Shown in pieces: positions 1-10,286 of a DNA stretch of 64,000 nt (its first letter is position 1; every line of letters starts with the position of its first letter). The stretch lies in NCBI GenBank assembly GCA_031426555.1, contig JANPLN010000002.1:1-64000 (forward strand), in the 5' to 3' direction. A program made the position numbers and the translations under genes. The notes beneath the pieces are model-generated. The model was not told where the DNA came from and did not search any database. It worked only from the letters and a program-made list of their open reading frames with translations. The stretch comes from Bdellovibrionales bacterium. Its GTDB lineage: Bacteria; Bdellovibrionota; Bdellovibrionia; Bdellovibrionales; JAGQZY01.

Positions 1-2
1 GC

Positions 3-1751
3 GGCACCTACGCCAATGGCGCCGAAGTCAATATTGGCTCTCTTTCCACAAGTTTTTTCAACGCCTCTTTAGATATTCAAGATATTCAGGTCACCAATAA
101 AGAGATACCGACTCACAATGTTTTACAGATTGGGACCGTTCAGTTTAAAGCTCTCTGGGATGCTTTGCTGCGCGGTAAAGTGGTTATTCCCTTAGCCGGT
201 GTTACCGACATCATGATCAATACAGCTCGCAAGCGCCCCGGTCGCGTGTTGCCCGTTAAAAAGAGCTCCGACGACAACGTGCAAAGCATGAAATCCAGCG
301 CCCTCGATGTGACTAACAAAGTTTTAGAAGGAAGCATCTTTGGGGACCTGGCTGCTATTGCCCAGGGTGACAACTACAAAGACAAGCTCAAGGAGATGGA
401 AGGCAATCTTAAGACCTCACAATTTATTCAAAAAATGGAAACCGAACTGCAAGGCAAAGAGAAACTTTGGAAAGAGCGCATCGAAAAACTGCCGCAAAAA
501 GAGGAGCTTAAAAAACTGGAAGATCGCGTGAAAGCCCTTAAGGTTGACGGCAAAGATCCCAAAGCCATTCTCGCTGCCGTAAAAGACGCCGAAGCCATTT
601 ATAAAGAGATCGACGAAAAATACAAAACCATCAAGAACACCAGCGGCGAACTCTCGGGCGATCTTAAACTTTATAAAAACCTTTATGCTGATATCAAAAA
701 GTATGTGGATGAAGACTTAAAAGATCTCGAAGGGAAACTGGGAATTCCGTCTTTAGACCCAAAAGATCTCGCCATGCGCATTTTTGGACGTCAATTTGCT
801 AAAGAAATCTATCGCGCCGAAAAGTATATGCGCCTGGCGCGCGAGTACATGCCACCGCCCAAAAAAGATCGTCAAAAGCCCACCATCACTCCCCGCGAGC
901 GACAAACCGGTAAAGACTTTAAATTTCGAATTACCAAGGGCTATCCAAAACTTTGGATCCAAAAGGCCAACGTGAGTTCTAAAGCCAGTGCCGAAGGTTT
1001 TTCTGGCAGCATCGGCGGGGAAGTCCTCAACATCACCGACGCTCCATCGAGCATCTCGCAACCCATGGAAGCCAAACTCACTGGAGAATTTCCAAAAAGT
1101 CAGATGTACGATGTGGTGATTCACGCCGTTGTGGACCATCGCACAGAAAACGCCAAAGAATATGGCACTATTAAAATTGGTGCTTTTCCTCTGAAGGACA
1201 TGATGCTCTCAGAATCCAGCGATGTAACTTTTGGATTCAAAGAGGCCACGGGCTCCTCCGTTTTAAAAGTAGAGCTATTGGACGAAGGCGTCTCCCTTAA
1301 TTTCGATGCCACCTTCGACAAAATCGCTTATCTCATCGAAGCCAAATCGTCGAAGGTCAAAGAGATCCTCACCAATATCTCTGGCAGTCTTGGTGCCTTG
1401 TCTTTACAAGGTAGCGCCAAGGGTTCTTGGAGTAACTTGGATTTGGATCTCAATTCCAACATCGGTACAAAGCTGCAAGAGGCCCTCAAGCAAGAGCTCA
1501 ACAAACAAGTGGCCGAGCTGAAAGACAAGCTCCGCAACGAAGTAAACAAAAAAGTTGAAGGCGAAAAAGAAAAGCTTATGTCCAAAGTGGGCGAGTTTGA
1601 GAAAAAGTACGGTGTGTCGCTAAAAAATCAGGAAGACGCCATTAATTCGTTAAAAGGAAAACTCGACGAAGAAAAAAAGAAAGCCAAAAACAAGGGCAAA
1701 GACGAAATCAAAGACAAAGCTAAAGATCTTTTGAAAAAGTTTAAATTCTAA
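3..1751 (+). CDS. TIGR03545-like (AsmA-like, coiled-coil) envelope protein, 5'-truncated by window edge
   Basis: Frame is open from base 3 (GTYANGAEVNIG...IQVTN...ALLRGKVVI). It has the R.TG.DF.F...YPKLWI motif and a Lys/Glu coiled-coil tail. The ORF-track start at 165 is internal. Confidence 0.7.
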   Translation, partial: GTYANGAEVNIGSLSTSFFNASLDIQDIQVTNKEIPTHNVLQIGTVQFKALWDALLRGKVVIPLAGVTDIMINTARKRPGRVLPVKKSSDDNVQSMKSSALDVTNKVLEGSIFGDLAAIAQGDNYKDKLKEMEGNLKTSQFIQKMETELQGKEKLWKERIEKLPQKEELKKLEDRVKALKVDGKDPKAILAAVKDAEAIYKEIDEKYKTIKNTSGELSGDLKLYKNLYADIKKYVDEDLKDLEGKLGIPSLDPKDLAMRIFGRQFAKEIYRAEKYMRLAREYMPPPKKDRQKPTITPRERQTGKDFKFRITKGYPKLWIQKANVSSKASAEGFSGSIGGEVLNITDAPSSISQPMEAKLTGEFPKSQMYDVVIHAVVDHRTENAKEYGTIKIGAFPLKDMMLSESSDVTFGFKEATGSSVLKVELLDEGVSLNFDATFDKIAYLIEAKSSKVKEILTNISGSLGALSLQGSAKGSWSNLDLDLNSNIGTKLQEALKQELNKQVAELKDKLRNEVNKKVEGEKEKLMSKVGEFEKKYGVSLKNQEDAINSLKGKLDEEKKKAKNKGKDEIKDKAKDLLKKFKF

Positions 1752-1760
1752 AAATCTAAG

Positions 1761-1788
1761 TTAAAGGGCCACTCCAATGGCTCTTTAA
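1761..1788. terminator. Probable bidirectional terminator hairpin
   Basis: TTAAAGGGCCA-ctccaa-TGGCTCTTTAA between convergent genes. Confidence 0.6.
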
Positions 1789-1795
1789 TAAGCGC

Positions 1796-2800
1796 TTACT
1801 TGCTATCCTGAAGAACTGCCAAATACCAATCGAGGGCCACCATTAAATCCTGGAGAGTCTGCTTAGGCTCTCCGGTTTGAAGATTCACCTGTTGACTCAA
1901 AACTCCCACAACTCCAATCTCGCGAATCGTAGAAAGCGACTGGATTAACGTAACGGCCTTCTGCGCATCCAACCTTACTAGCTGCTGCACTTTTTCTTTC
2001 GACAGATCTAACCCGTTGAGATCGGCCAGACGCTGAACCTGACTCTGCAAGCTTAAAAATAGATCCCAACATTGCTGTTGAGCCCGACAGCTTCTTTCAA
2101 AAAGAGCCAGCTTGCGGGATTGCATATGCCCCCACTGACGCGAGCTATGATCAGCGTCACCCAAACTCTCCGCAGATTGTTTTACTGTTGTGGTTGCATC
2201 GATCCAACCCCAGCTCAACAACAAATTCTGTACGAACTCCAATCGAGTTTTTGCCGTTTGTCGCGCATTTTCATTTTCCCTTTTTGTCCGTATTCGAAAG
2301 TCCCGGACTGTCTCTCTAGGTCTTTGCGGCACCTTGGGAGTGTCGAAGTAAAAGACAGAGCTATCCGAAACCCAAACAACTTTTGCACCCAAAACGAAGA
2401 GCTCGCCGGCAAAAACAACCTCCGCTTTTCCTAAATGCGAAAAATCCTGCTCGCGAGCGCGCAGCAAGCCCCGGTGCGTGCCATGAAACGAGGCCTTCGA
2501 GTAATCAATGGGAAGCGGCAAGTGATGATCGATGGAAATGGTGCCCGATCGATCTATTAAAAAAACATACAGGCCATCGCGCGAAAGCAAAGTGCTTTTA
2601 TACTCAGCCAATTGTTTCTGTTTCGATACACCCAAAACAGCACCATGCCTAAAAAGCTCGGGCGTTTCGTAGGGCACTTCCTGCGAACTCACACGCGTTA
2701 TTTGATTTAACGATAAGCCTTTAGCGAACACATCCGCGCAGCGGCTGCCAGTGCCGCCGTGGGAAAACAAGAGAACTGCAAGGAGAGTTAAAATGTTCAC
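1796..2800 (-). CDS. Hypothetical secreted protein
   Basis: 334-aa ORF with GTG start, hydrophobic N-terminus followed by C..F; contains an H..L...V.FAGE...S.S..Y pattern. Confidence 0.7.
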   Translation of the reverse strand: MNILTLLAVLLFSHGGTGSRCADVFAKGLSLNQITRVSSQEVPYETPELFRHGAVLGVSKQKQLAEYKSTLLSRDGLYVFLIDRSGTISIDHHLPLPIDYSKASFHGTHRGLLRAREQDFSHLGKAEVVFAGELFVLGAKVVWVSDSSVFYFDTPKVPQRPRETVRDFRIRTKRENENARQTAKTRLEFVQNLLLSWGWIDATTTVKQSAESLGDADHSSRQWGHMQSRKLALFERSCRAQQQCWDLFLSLQSQVQRLADLNGLDLSKEKVQQLVRLDAQKAVTLIQSLSTIREIGVVGVLSQQVNLQTGEPKQTLQDLMVALDWYLAVLQDSK

Positions 2801-2812
2801 TCGATTAAAAAA

Positions 2813-3379
2813 TTATATCGCAATATCTTTGCGAACAGGTTTTTTGATCTGCGATTTAATCAACTGAACGCGCTGGCGCATTTCAGGCGAACTCTCTAAT
2901 AGCATCAAAGATCGAATCACCAGGGAAGCACTATTGCTCTTACAAAGCTGAACCGCTTCATCTGATGAGTAGGGCCCTTGATAGGCCTTTTTTGCGCACT
3001 CAGAGCGCTCTAAATTCCCACCGTTTTTACAAAGCTCGATGGCTTGGCTAGTGTTAAAGGGTCCACTGTAGGCGTCGATTCCGCACTGGCTTGGTCCCGT
3101 ACTTCTCGCTTTTTTACAGAGTTCAATGGCTTGGTCAGTATTAAAAGGACCACGATAGGCTTGAATTCCACATTCTGCGGGTGCCACCGAGCTTTGACCC
3201 TGGCAAAGCTGAATAGCTTGGTCGCGGTTAAACGGTCCTTTATAGGCCATATCTACACAGTCTGCGGCCGTGGTCCCACTGGACTGCACTTTTTCGCAGC
3301 GGTATGTTTCGCCATCGATGATCATTTCTAACTCGTTCGCACCACTTAAAAACGTAAAGACCGTGATTAAAAATAACAT
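2813..3379 (-). CDS. Secreted Cys-rich tandem-repeat protein
   Basis: AAGGAG RBS, signal-like N-terminus, four 29-aa repeats C-x3-AY-x-GP[FY]-x3-[QE]A-x2-LC. Confidence 0.8.
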   Translation of the reverse strand: MLFLITVFTFLSGANELEMIIDGETYRCEKVQSSGTTAADCVDMAYKGPFNRDQAIQLCQGQSSVAPAECGIQAYRGPFNTDQAIELCKKARSTGPSQCGIDAYSGPFNTSQAIELCKNGGNLERSECAKKAYQGPYSSDEAVQLCKSNSASLVIRSLMLLESSPEMRQRVQLIKSQIKKPVRKDIAI

Positions 3380-3522
3380 CGGGGCTCCTTTGAAGGCTTT
3401 CGCAATGTTTTACCAAATCCCCGCTCGCATTCATACTGAGCGGGTTTGCCAGTGTAAAAAAGAAAGCTCTGTCAGGAAAACGCACATTTATTTATTGAAC
3501 TGTATCGAAAAACGAAAGTTTT

Positions 3523-4122
3523 CTAGGGTTTAGCAATTAAGGATTCAAAAAACAGTTTGGCATCTTCGTTAAACCAGTCACGGGTGCCCACCACTTTGCG
3601 CAGAAGCTTCCCATCTTTGCCAAAAATGTAGGATTCCGGCAGTTTATTCACCTGAAAGGCCTTACCGGCTGCGTGGTCCTTGTCCCATAGAAGGTGCAGC
3701 TCGGGGACCGTATCCAAGCTAAAGGCCTGCGCAAAGGTCTCGATGTCTTCCAGCGCAGAATCGTGCGACGGCGCTAAAATAACAATTTTTCCCTGAAAGT
3801 GGTTCAGAAGTTTTACCATGGATGGAAACTCTTCGGCGCAGGGCTCACACCAGCTTGCCCAAAAGTTTAGGATAACAATCTTATCCTTCGTTAAAGCCTC
3901 CAGGTTCACCTCTGTTTGCTTTAAATCTTTAAGAACCAATCCTGGTAAGACTTTGAAGTCGTTCTTCTCTAAAAAGCCCACAACCTCAAAGGACGTGGGA
4001 GCGGTTTCTGTGGTGTACGCTCTATCCAGCTTAAGCCAAGCGAGAAAAAGTATAAAAAAAAGCCCTCCGGTGATGAGGGCTGCTTTAAAAGTTCGATTTT
4101 TTTCCATCAAGTTTAATTTCAA
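3523..4122 (-). CDS. TlpA/ResA-family membrane-anchored thiol-disulfide oxidoreductase (start could be ATG at 4107)
   Basis: N-terminal TM helix, LNFWASWCEPCAEEFP and LPESY motifs. Confidence 0.9.
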   Translation of the reverse strand: MKLNLMEKNRTFKAALITGGLFFILFLAWLKLDRAYTTETAPTSFEVVGFLEKNDFKVLPGLVLKDLKQTEVNLEALTKDKIVILNFWASWCEPCAEEFPSMVKLLNHFQGKIVILAPSHDSALEDIETFAQAFSLDTVPELHLLWDKDHAAGKAFQVNKLPESYIFGKDGKLLRKVVGTRDWFNEDAKLFFESLIAKP

Positions 4123-4131
4123 CGGCTTCGA

Positions 4132-4683
4132 TTAGCTGTTCGCACGTAAAACGCGACGAGCTTCTTTCTGCATTGTCTTGATGTTTTTGTAACGCGCAAA
4201 AGCCGCTTTCTCATTTACTTTCGTATTGTGAGCAACCAGTTCCTTGCGGTTCAATTCTTTTGTAACAAGTTTGCGATCTTTACCGCGCACTTTCACTTTC
4301 ACTTTTTTCTCAGCGTAAGTGCTTGCATCGTAATCAACAAATTCAATAAAAGCCTGAGGCGCACAGTCCCCTGGACGATTGCTTAATTTAAGAATGCGAG
4401 TGTAGCCACCAGCTCTTTCTTTAAAGCGCACAGCCAAGTCTGACATAATCGTCTCTACAGTAGCTTTGTTGGGAAAATCCGCCAACAAAACACGACGCGC
4501 ATTCAAGTTGCCGGTCTTACCTAGGGTAATGGCTTTCTCAACATGGCGACGAAGCTCTTTGGCTTTTGTGATTGTGGTTTTAATACGACCACACTCAACC
4601 AGCGAACACACAAGACCTCTTAAAAGAGCCTTGCGAGGATTGGACTTACGACTAAAATGTTTGGTTTTTCTTCTATGTCTCAT
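4132..4683 (-). CDS. rplQ: 50S ribosomal protein L17 with basic C-terminal extension
   Basis: MRHR...IKTTITKAKELR...GGYTRILK; follows rpoA. Confidence 0.97.
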   Translation of the reverse strand: MRHRRKTKHFSRKSNPRKALLRGLVCSLVECGRIKTTITKAKELRRHVEKAITLGKTGNLNARRVLLADFPNKATVETIMSDLAVRFKERAGGYTRILKLSNRPGDCAPQAFIEFVDYDASTYAEKKVKVKVRGKDRKLVTKELNRKELVAHNTKVNEKAAFARYKNIKTMQKEARRVLRANS

Positions 4684-4696
4684 AACTCACTCCCGA

Positions 4697-5761
4697 CTAT
4701 TGCGGATCATTTCCAGGGGTAACACTCGCTACACGTGTGCTTGTTGGGGCTTGAGTATTTGGGTTCCATCCAGGAGGCGGCCATCCTTCGATTTTCAAGC
4801 CTAAACCTAATCCCATCTCAACAAGAATTTCTTTAATTTCATTTAACGATTTACGTCCAAAGTTTTTAGTCTTCAGCATTTCGGCTTCCGACTTAACAAC
4901 CAACTCGCCAATAAAACGAATGTTTGCATTCTTTAAACAGTTGGCACTGCGAACAGAAAGCTCAAGGTCATCCACAGAGCGGAAAAGATTCTCGTTAAGA
5001 ACAGGAGACCGTTTTTCTTCTTTTTCTGTTGTTGGCTCAACAGCTTCGTCAAACGTTACAAAAACTTGTAACTGCTCTTTCATAATTTTAGCGGCAAGTG
5101 CCACTGCTTCTTCTGGCTTAATTGAACCATCCGTCCAAACTTCCAATGTCAAAGCATCGTAGTCTGTTTTCTGTCCAACGCGCGCATTAGTTACGTTGTA
5201 ATTTACACGGCGGATTGGAGAATAGATCGCATCCACAGGAACAATTCCAACGCCTGTGTTGGCTTGCTCAAGCTCCTCCGAAGGCACATAACCGCGACCA
5301 AAAGTCACAGTGATGTCAGCTTCGAATTTGGAATTGGCGCCGAGAGTGGCAATGTGTTGTTCAGGATTTAGAACTTCAATTTTGTCATTCAGCTGAATGT
5401 CAGCGGCAGTGACTTTTCCAGAACCTGATTTTGAAATTTTTAAATTCAAGGTGTCTGGAGTGTGCTGACGAAAACGAACCTGCTTCAGGTTTAAAATAAT
5501 GTCGGTCACATCTTCCATCACATCTGGAATCGTCGAGAACTCGTGCAAAACTTTATCAAAACGAACTGCAGATACAGACGAACCCATCATCGAACTCAAA
5601 AGCACTCGGCGAAGTGAATTTCCAATGGTAATTCCGTAACCTCTTTCAAGGGGGCGAATCGTGAATTTTCCATAGGTCGTGCTGAGGGAGTCCGAATCAA
5701 CCTCTACGCCTTTAGGACTGATCAAATCTCTCCAAAATTTATAATAATGTTCTTGTTGCAT
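4697..5761 (-). CDS. rpoA: RNA polymerase subunit alpha
   Basis: [21 protein letters not shown] and [12 protein letters not shown] motifs. Confidence 0.99.
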   Translation of the reverse strand: MQQEHYYKFWRDLISPKGVEVDSDSLSTTYGKFTIRPLERGYGITIGNSLRRVLLSSMMGSSVSAVRFDKVLHEFSTIPDVMEDVTDIILNLKQVRFRQHTPDTLNLKISKSGSGKVTAADIQLNDKIEVLNPEQHIATLGANSKFEADITVTFGRGYVPSEELEQANTGVGIVPVDAIYSPIRRVNYNVTNARVGQKTDYDALTLEVWTDGSIKPEEAVALAAKIMKEQLQVFVTFDEAVEPTTEKEEKRSPVLNENLFRSVDDLELSVRSANCLKNANIRFIGELVVKSEAEMLKTKNFGRKSLNEIKEILVEMGLGLGLKIEGWPPPGWNPNTQAPTSTRVASVTPGNDPQ

Positions 5762-5788
5762 CTCTTCTCCGTTCGATCTTTAAAAAAA

Positions 5789-6205
5789 TTAAACTCTTCT
5801 TCTCTTCGGTGGGCGGCAGCCATTGTGTGGAACAGGTGTAAGATCTCTCATGGAGTTTACGCGAATTCCCGCATTGGCAAGAGCACGGATTGCAGGTTCA
5901 CGACCTGCGCCAGGACCCTTCAAATAAACATCTACGCTTTTGAGCCCTTGTTCGATGGCTTTTTTAGCTGCATCTTCCGCTGCAAGTTGAGATGCGAAAG
6001 GAGTTCCTTTACGGCTTCCTTTGAAACCCAACATTCCAGAAGCTGACCAGCTGATGGTGTTACCCATCACATCTGTGATCGTAATGATTGTATTTCCAAA
6101 TCCAGCCTGAATGTAACAGCGTCCATTAGGAATGTTTTTTTTCGTTTTCTTTTTAACTGGCTTGTTTGCGCCAGCTCCGGTTTTTGCACCTGTAGTCTCA
6201 GCCAT
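5789..6205 (-). CDS. rpsK: 30S ribosomal protein S11
   Basis: [12 protein letters not shown] and [13 protein letters not shown]. Confidence 0.99.
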   Translation of the reverse strand: MAETTGAKTGAGANKPVKKKTKKNIPNGRCYIQAGFGNTIITITDVMGNTISWSASGMLGFKGSRKGTPFASQLAAEDAAKKAIEQGLKSVDVYLKGPGAGREPAIRALANAGIRVNSMRDLTPVPHNGCRPPKRRRV

Positions 6206-6219
6206 ATTTCAACCCTTCC

Positions 6220-6597
6220 TCACATCACTGCTTTTTTCTTGTTAGCCACTGTCTTACGAGGACCTTTTCTTGTGCGCGCGTTACTCTTCGTTCTTTGTCC
6301 GCGAACAGGAAGTCCTTTTTTATGACGAGTTCCTCGATAAGTACCAAGATCCATAAGGCGCTTGATAGACATTGAAATTTCTCGACGAAGATCACCCTCG
6401 ATTTTAAATTGAGCTTGAATCATATCGCGAATTTTTGCGATCTCTTCATCGTTCAACTCATGAGTTCTTTTTGTAGGAGAAAATCCCATCGCTGTACAAA
6501 TGTCTTTGGATCTTTTGCGACCCACGCCATAGATGTAAGTGAGAGAAATCTCTACTCTTTTGTTTTTAGGTATATCAATACCCGATATACGAGCCAT
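6220..6597 (-). CDS. rpsM: 30S ribosomal protein S13
   Basis: [10 protein letters not shown]...[17 protein letters not shown]. Confidence 0.99.
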   Translation of the reverse strand: MARISGIDIPKNKRVEISLTYIYGVGRKRSKDICTAMGFSPTKRTHELNDEEIAKIRDMIQAQFKIEGDLRREISMSIKRLMDLGTYRGTRHKKGLPVRGQRTKSNARTRKGPRKTVANKKKAVM

Positions 6598-6599
6598 AA

Positions 6600-6713
6600 C
6601 TAACCTTGCCTTTGTTTGTGCTTTGGATTTTCACAGATAACCCGAACGGTTCCACGTCGCTTCAACACTTTACACTTCTTGCAAATTTTCTTCACAGATG
6701 CTCGAACCTTCAC
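6600..6713 (-). CDS. rpmJ: 50S ribosomal protein L36, zinc-ribbon form (missing from ORF track)
   Basis: Manual translation from [51 protein letters not shown] upstream. Confidence 0.97.
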   Translation of the reverse strand: MKVRASVKKICKKCKVLKRRGTVRVICENPKHKQRQG

Positions 6714-6746
6714 CTGACCTCCAAAAAATAAATTGACAGACCGGCA

Positions 6747-6776
6747 AATCTAGCACCGGCGTACGGACAGAGTCCA
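6747..6776 (-). promoter_or_regulatory. Candidate sigma70 promoter for rpmJ-rpsM-rpsK-rpoA-rplQ
   Basis: TGGACT-18-TAGATT with TGn extension on minus strand. Confidence 0.4.
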
Positions 6777-6813
6777 GATAATTTTCGAAAAAAAAGAACT
6801 ATTTTAAAAATAG

Positions 6814-7452
6814 TTAAAGATATGTTTGGATGCGTCCAAAGACGCTGTTTGACGAGCCAAGACCATCGATGGAAACGAACAGACTTTTTTTCATGTAATA
6901 CTCTTTTAGAGGCGCCGTGGATTTTTCGTAGGCCTCTAATCGCGTCTGGATAGCCTCAGCAGCGTCGTCTTTACGCTGGTACACTTCTCCACCGCAGTTA
7001 TCGCAAACACCCTGGCTTTTAGGAGGATTATTCAACTCGTGGAAAACGGCCCCGCAATTTTTACAAACTCTGCGCCCCGTGAGCCTTTGTAAGAGGTCCC
7101 CTTGTGGAACCTCTAAAAACAAGGCTTTTTGTATTTTAACAGCGCCAATTTCTTCGATTTGCTTTTCCAGAGCTTCGGCTTGAACGATGGTTCTAGGAAA
7201 ACCATCAAAAATAAAACGCGAAGTTTTGTTCTTTTCAATATATTCACGAACCAAACCGATAACAACAGAGTCGGGAACGAGTTTTCCCGCGTCCACGTAG
7301 GACTGGGCTTCAACGCCAAGGGGCGATTTCTGCTGAATCGCCTCTCGAAGTAAATTACCTGTACTGAGATGTAAAAACGGTTTTGATTCCAGCATGAGCT
7401 GGGACTGTGTCCCTTTGCCAGCTCCTGGAGGACCAAAAAGAACTAGACTCAA
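6814..7452 (-). CDS. adk: Adenylate kinase with 4-Cys zinc LID
   Basis: TTG start overlapping the secY stop (TTGA); GPPGAGKGT, DGFPRT and CKNC...CDNC motifs. Confidence 0.96.
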   Translation of the reverse strand: MSLVLFGPPGAGKGTQSQLMLESKPFLHLSTGNLLREAIQQKSPLGVEAQSYVDAGKLVPDSVVIGLVREYIEKNKTSRFIFDGFPRTIVQAEALEKQIEEIGAVKIQKALFLEVPQGDLLQRLTGRRVCKNCGAVFHELNNPPKSQGVCDNCGGEVYQRKDDAAEAIQTRLEAYEKSTAPLKEYYMKKSLFVSIDGLGSSNSVFGRIQTYL

Positions 7453-8756
7453 AAGCTCACCCGTCGTGTTCGACGTGGACGCTGGGCTGTTTTGATCATG
7501 GCTTCGTATCTGTAGGCGTTGATTTTTTCGATCAACTGTAAAGATACGCCCACAAGAATCAGAACGCTGGTTCCACCAAAAAAGAAGGGAACAGCCGCCT
7601 GAGTCGCAAGGATTGTAGGCAAAATACAAATAACGCAAAGATAAATAGAGCCCGCCACATTTAAACGCTCCATGACGGACTGAATGTACTCGGACGTGCT
7701 TCTTCCCGCACGAATGCCAGGAATAAATTTTCCAGCTTTCTTGAGGTTTTCGGCCATTTCATTGGGTGGATACATTAATTCTGTATAGAAAAACGAGAAA
7801 AAGGTCACAAGAGCCACAAAGAAAATATTAAAAAGTGCGCCTGTTTGACTAAACTGCTGCTGCAATCCTTGGATCCATGGTGCTTGCGAAAATGTCGCGA
7901 GCGTCGCGGGAAATCCTAAAATGGCGTAAGCAAAAATTGGCGGAAGAACACCGCATAAGTTTACTTTTAAGGGCAGATAGCTGCCCAACATTTGGGGAGC
8001 TCTATTGGCGCCTTTTTGTGACATGTGAATCGGAATTCGTCTCTGTGCAACTTCAAAATAAATGATGCAGCCGAGAACAAAAGCCATGAAAGCCAAGAGT
8101 AAAAGAGCTAGCAAACCGCTCATTTGTCCAGAGCTCACTGCATTCCAAAGATTGAAAGCACCCGTAGGGATATTTGCAGCAATACCAGCAAAAATGATGA
8201 CGCTGGCGCCTTCGCCCAAGCCGCGCTCTGTAATTTGCTCGCCCAACCACATTACAAAACAAGTTCCTGCTGTCAGCGTTACTACTGTCATAAGTTGTAG
8301 AGGGATGGCTCCAACCTGCGGATTAAATAGATACTGCCCGTTGATTTCTTTGCCGATCAATAGGTTCGAAAGCCCATAAGATTGTAGAACGCAGAGAACA
8401 ATTGTGCCCCAGCGAGTGAATTGCTGGATTTTTTTCCGCCCTGGCTCACCTTCTTTTTTAAGCGCTTCAAGGTAAGGAACCATGGAGCTTAAAAGTTGGA
8501 AAATGATGGAGCTCGAAATGTAAGGCATAATGCCCAAAGCTAATACGCTAAACTGATTGAGTGCGCCGCCAGTAAAGGTGTTAAAAACACCAAATAATCC
8601 GCCGGCCTGTTTTTCGAAAAACATTTTGACCGCTTCAGAGTTCACGCCCGGTGTGGGGATATGAATGCCGAAACGAAATACGGCGATACAGAAGAGAGTA
8701 AAGAGCAAACGTCGTTGAAGATCCTTGTTGTTTACCATGTTCTCAGCAGTACTCAC
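7449..8756 (-). CDS. secY: Preprotein translocase SecY
   Basis: [23 protein letters not shown] and FIPGIRAG motifs; multi-TM. Confidence 0.99.
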   Translation of the reverse strand: MSTAENMVNNKDLQRRLLFTLFCIAVFRFGIHIPTPGVNSEAVKMFFEKQAGGLFGVFNTFTGGALNQFSVLALGIMPYISSSIIFQLLSSMVPYLEALKKEGEPGRKKIQQFTRWGTIVLCVLQSYGLSNLLIGKEINGQYLFNPQVGAIPLQLMTVVTLTAGTCFVMWLGEQITERGLGEGASVIIFAGIAANIPTGAFNLWNAVSSGQMSGLLALLLLAFMAFVLGCIIYFEVAQRRIPIHMSQKGANRAPQMLGSYLPLKVNLCGVLPPIFAYAILGFPATLATFSQAPWIQGLQQQFSQTGALFNIFFVALVTFFSFFYTELMYPPNEMAENLKKAGKFIPGIRAGRSTSEYIQSVMERLNVAGSIYLCVICILPTILATQAAVPFFFGGTSVLILVGVSLQLIEKINAYRYEAMIKTAQRPRRTRRVSF

Positions 8757-9193
8757 TGTGCAATAACCTCAACCTTCCCGCCGGCCTTTTCAATGGCTTG
8801 TTTAGCTTTTTCGCTAAACTTATGAGCTTTTACTGTCACGGCTTTATCGATTGTACCCTTTGCGAGTACTTTGAGAAGAGAATTCTTCTTGATAACGCCT
8901 TTTTTGTAAAGAGCCTCTGGAGACACTTCTGCTCCAAATTTAGTCAGGTCCGTAAGGTTGATAATTTCATAGGATGTGCGAAACGCAACGTTGGTAAAAC
9001 CAAACTTTGGAAGACGACGAACTAAAGGAGTTTGACCACCCTCAAATCCGCGTCGAACAGTTCCGCCAGAGCGTGCTTTTTGCCCTTTATGACCTTTTCC
9101 AGCTGTTCCGCCAAGACCCGATCCGTGACCGCGGCCTACGCGTTTACGGTAGTGAGTCGATCCCGCTGATGGTTTCAATTTATCTAAAATCAT
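8753..9193 (-). CDS. rplO: 50S ribosomal protein L15
   Basis: RVGRGHGSG...[17 protein letters not shown]. Confidence 0.99.
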   Translation of the reverse strand: MILDKLKPSAGSTHYRKRVGRGHGSGLGGTAGKGHKGQKARSGGTVRRGFEGGQTPLVRRLPKFGFTNVAFRTSYEIINLTDLTKFGAEVSPEALYKKGVIKKNSLLKVLAKGTIDKAVTVKAHKFSEKAKQAIEKAGGKVEVIAQ

Positions 9194-9220
9194 ACAAACT
9201 CCTCATTCAAAAAAACAAAA

Positions 9221-9406
9221 TTATTTTTGGACAACAACCGCAACAAGGTGTTGAACTTTCATAATCTGACCACGATTCGCCGGATTATCAGCCATTACAA
9301 CTTCAGCGTTGATACGATTCAAACCCAAGCAACGAACAGTTTCGCGCTGAGTTTGTGAACAACCTCTTAAACCTTTTATTAATTTAACTTTAAAACTTTT
9401 CGCCAT
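9221..9406 (-). CDS. rpmD: 50S ribosomal protein L30
   Basis: 61 aa, LGL.RI...NRGQI.KV.HLV, between rpsE and rplO. Confidence 0.96.
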   Translation of the reverse strand: MAKSFKVKLIKGLRGCSQTQRETVRCLGLNRINAEVVMADNPANRGQIMKVQHLVAVVVQK

Positions 9407-9419
9407 GGGCCCCGTCCTA

Positions 9420-9884
9420 CTACTTAAATGTATTGATGAGTGTATTGCCCTGGAGCTGACCTAATCCGTTCAAAGTCGCTCTCACAGCATTGTGCGCATT
9501 CCGCGTACCAATACACTTTGTTAATATATCTTTGATACCTGCCGACTCAAGAACCGCGCGAACAGCTCCACCAGCGATAACTCCAGTACCTGGCGCTGCG
9601 GGTCGCATGATCACGGTCGCTGCACCAAACTTGCCAATCACTTCGTGGGCAATTGTGCGGCCTTCAACAAGAGTGATATCTCGGAGTTTTTTCTTTGCTC
9701 CACGCGATGCTTTGCCGATAGCTTCAGGAACTTCACCAGACTTACCTGTTCCGTACCCTACACTGCCTGTTCCGTTTCCAACAACCACGAGGGCTGCGAA
9801 AGAGAAACGACGTCCACCTTTTACAACTTTGGCAACGCGTCTTACAGCAACAACTTTTTCTTCAAACTCTGCAACTTCTTGCAT
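9420..9884 (-). CDS. rpsE: 30S ribosomal protein S5
   Basis: [21 protein letters not shown] and GTGVIAGG. Confidence 0.99.
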   Translation of the reverse strand: MQEVAEFEEKVVAVRRVAKVVKGGRRFSFAALVVVGNGTGSVGYGTGKSGEVPEAIGKASRGAKKKLRDITLVEGRTIAHEVIGKFGAATVIMRPAAPGTGVIAGGAVRAVLESAGIKDILTKCIGTRNAHNAVRATLNGLGQLQGNTLINTFK

Positions 9885-9902
9885 TCATAACTCCTCTAAG
9901 AA

Positions 9903-10271
9903 TTAAAAATTCAATCCACCCTCACGCGCACCATCAGCTACTGCTTTGACACGTCCATGATAAATATATCCGCTTCGATCAAAAACGATTTTTTCGATTT
10001 TCTTGTCTTTAGCTTTTGTTGCCAACATCTTGCCAACTTCAAAAGCAGCGTCTTTACCTGATTTACCCTTAACTTCGCCAAGAGTAGAAACAGATACGAT
10101 GGTTTTGCCCGACACATCGTCAACAAGTTGAGCGTACATGTTACTCAAACTTTTAAAAATACAAAGACGTGGACGCTCCAACGTTCCTTTGATTTTTTTG
10201 CGAATACGCACTTTTTTTGTCGATCGTGCTTTTAGCTTACGACTATTTTTTTTATTTATAACTAATCTCAT
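9903..10271 (-). CDS. rplR: 50S ribosomal protein L18
   Basis: RPRLCIFKS...FDRSGYIYHGRVKAVADGAREGGL. Confidence 0.99.
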   Translation of the reverse strand: MRLVINKKNSRKLKARSTKKVRIRKKIKGTLERPRLCIFKSLSNMYAQLVDDVSGKTIVSVSTLGEVKGKSGKDAAFEVGKMLATKAKDKKIEKIVFDRSGYIYHGRVKAVADGAREGGLNF

Positions 10272-10286
10272 AATCTACCTCTTTAA

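Noticed and set aside
2935..3280. 87-bp periodic DNA as a CRISPR array or DGR repeat
   Set aside because: The repeats are in-frame coding units that vary at many positions, not only adenines; no cas or reverse transcriptase gene is nearby.
7453..7638. N-terminal extension of adk in the ORF track
   Set aside because: It lies inside secY; a TTG overlapping the secY stop gives a normal-length Adk.
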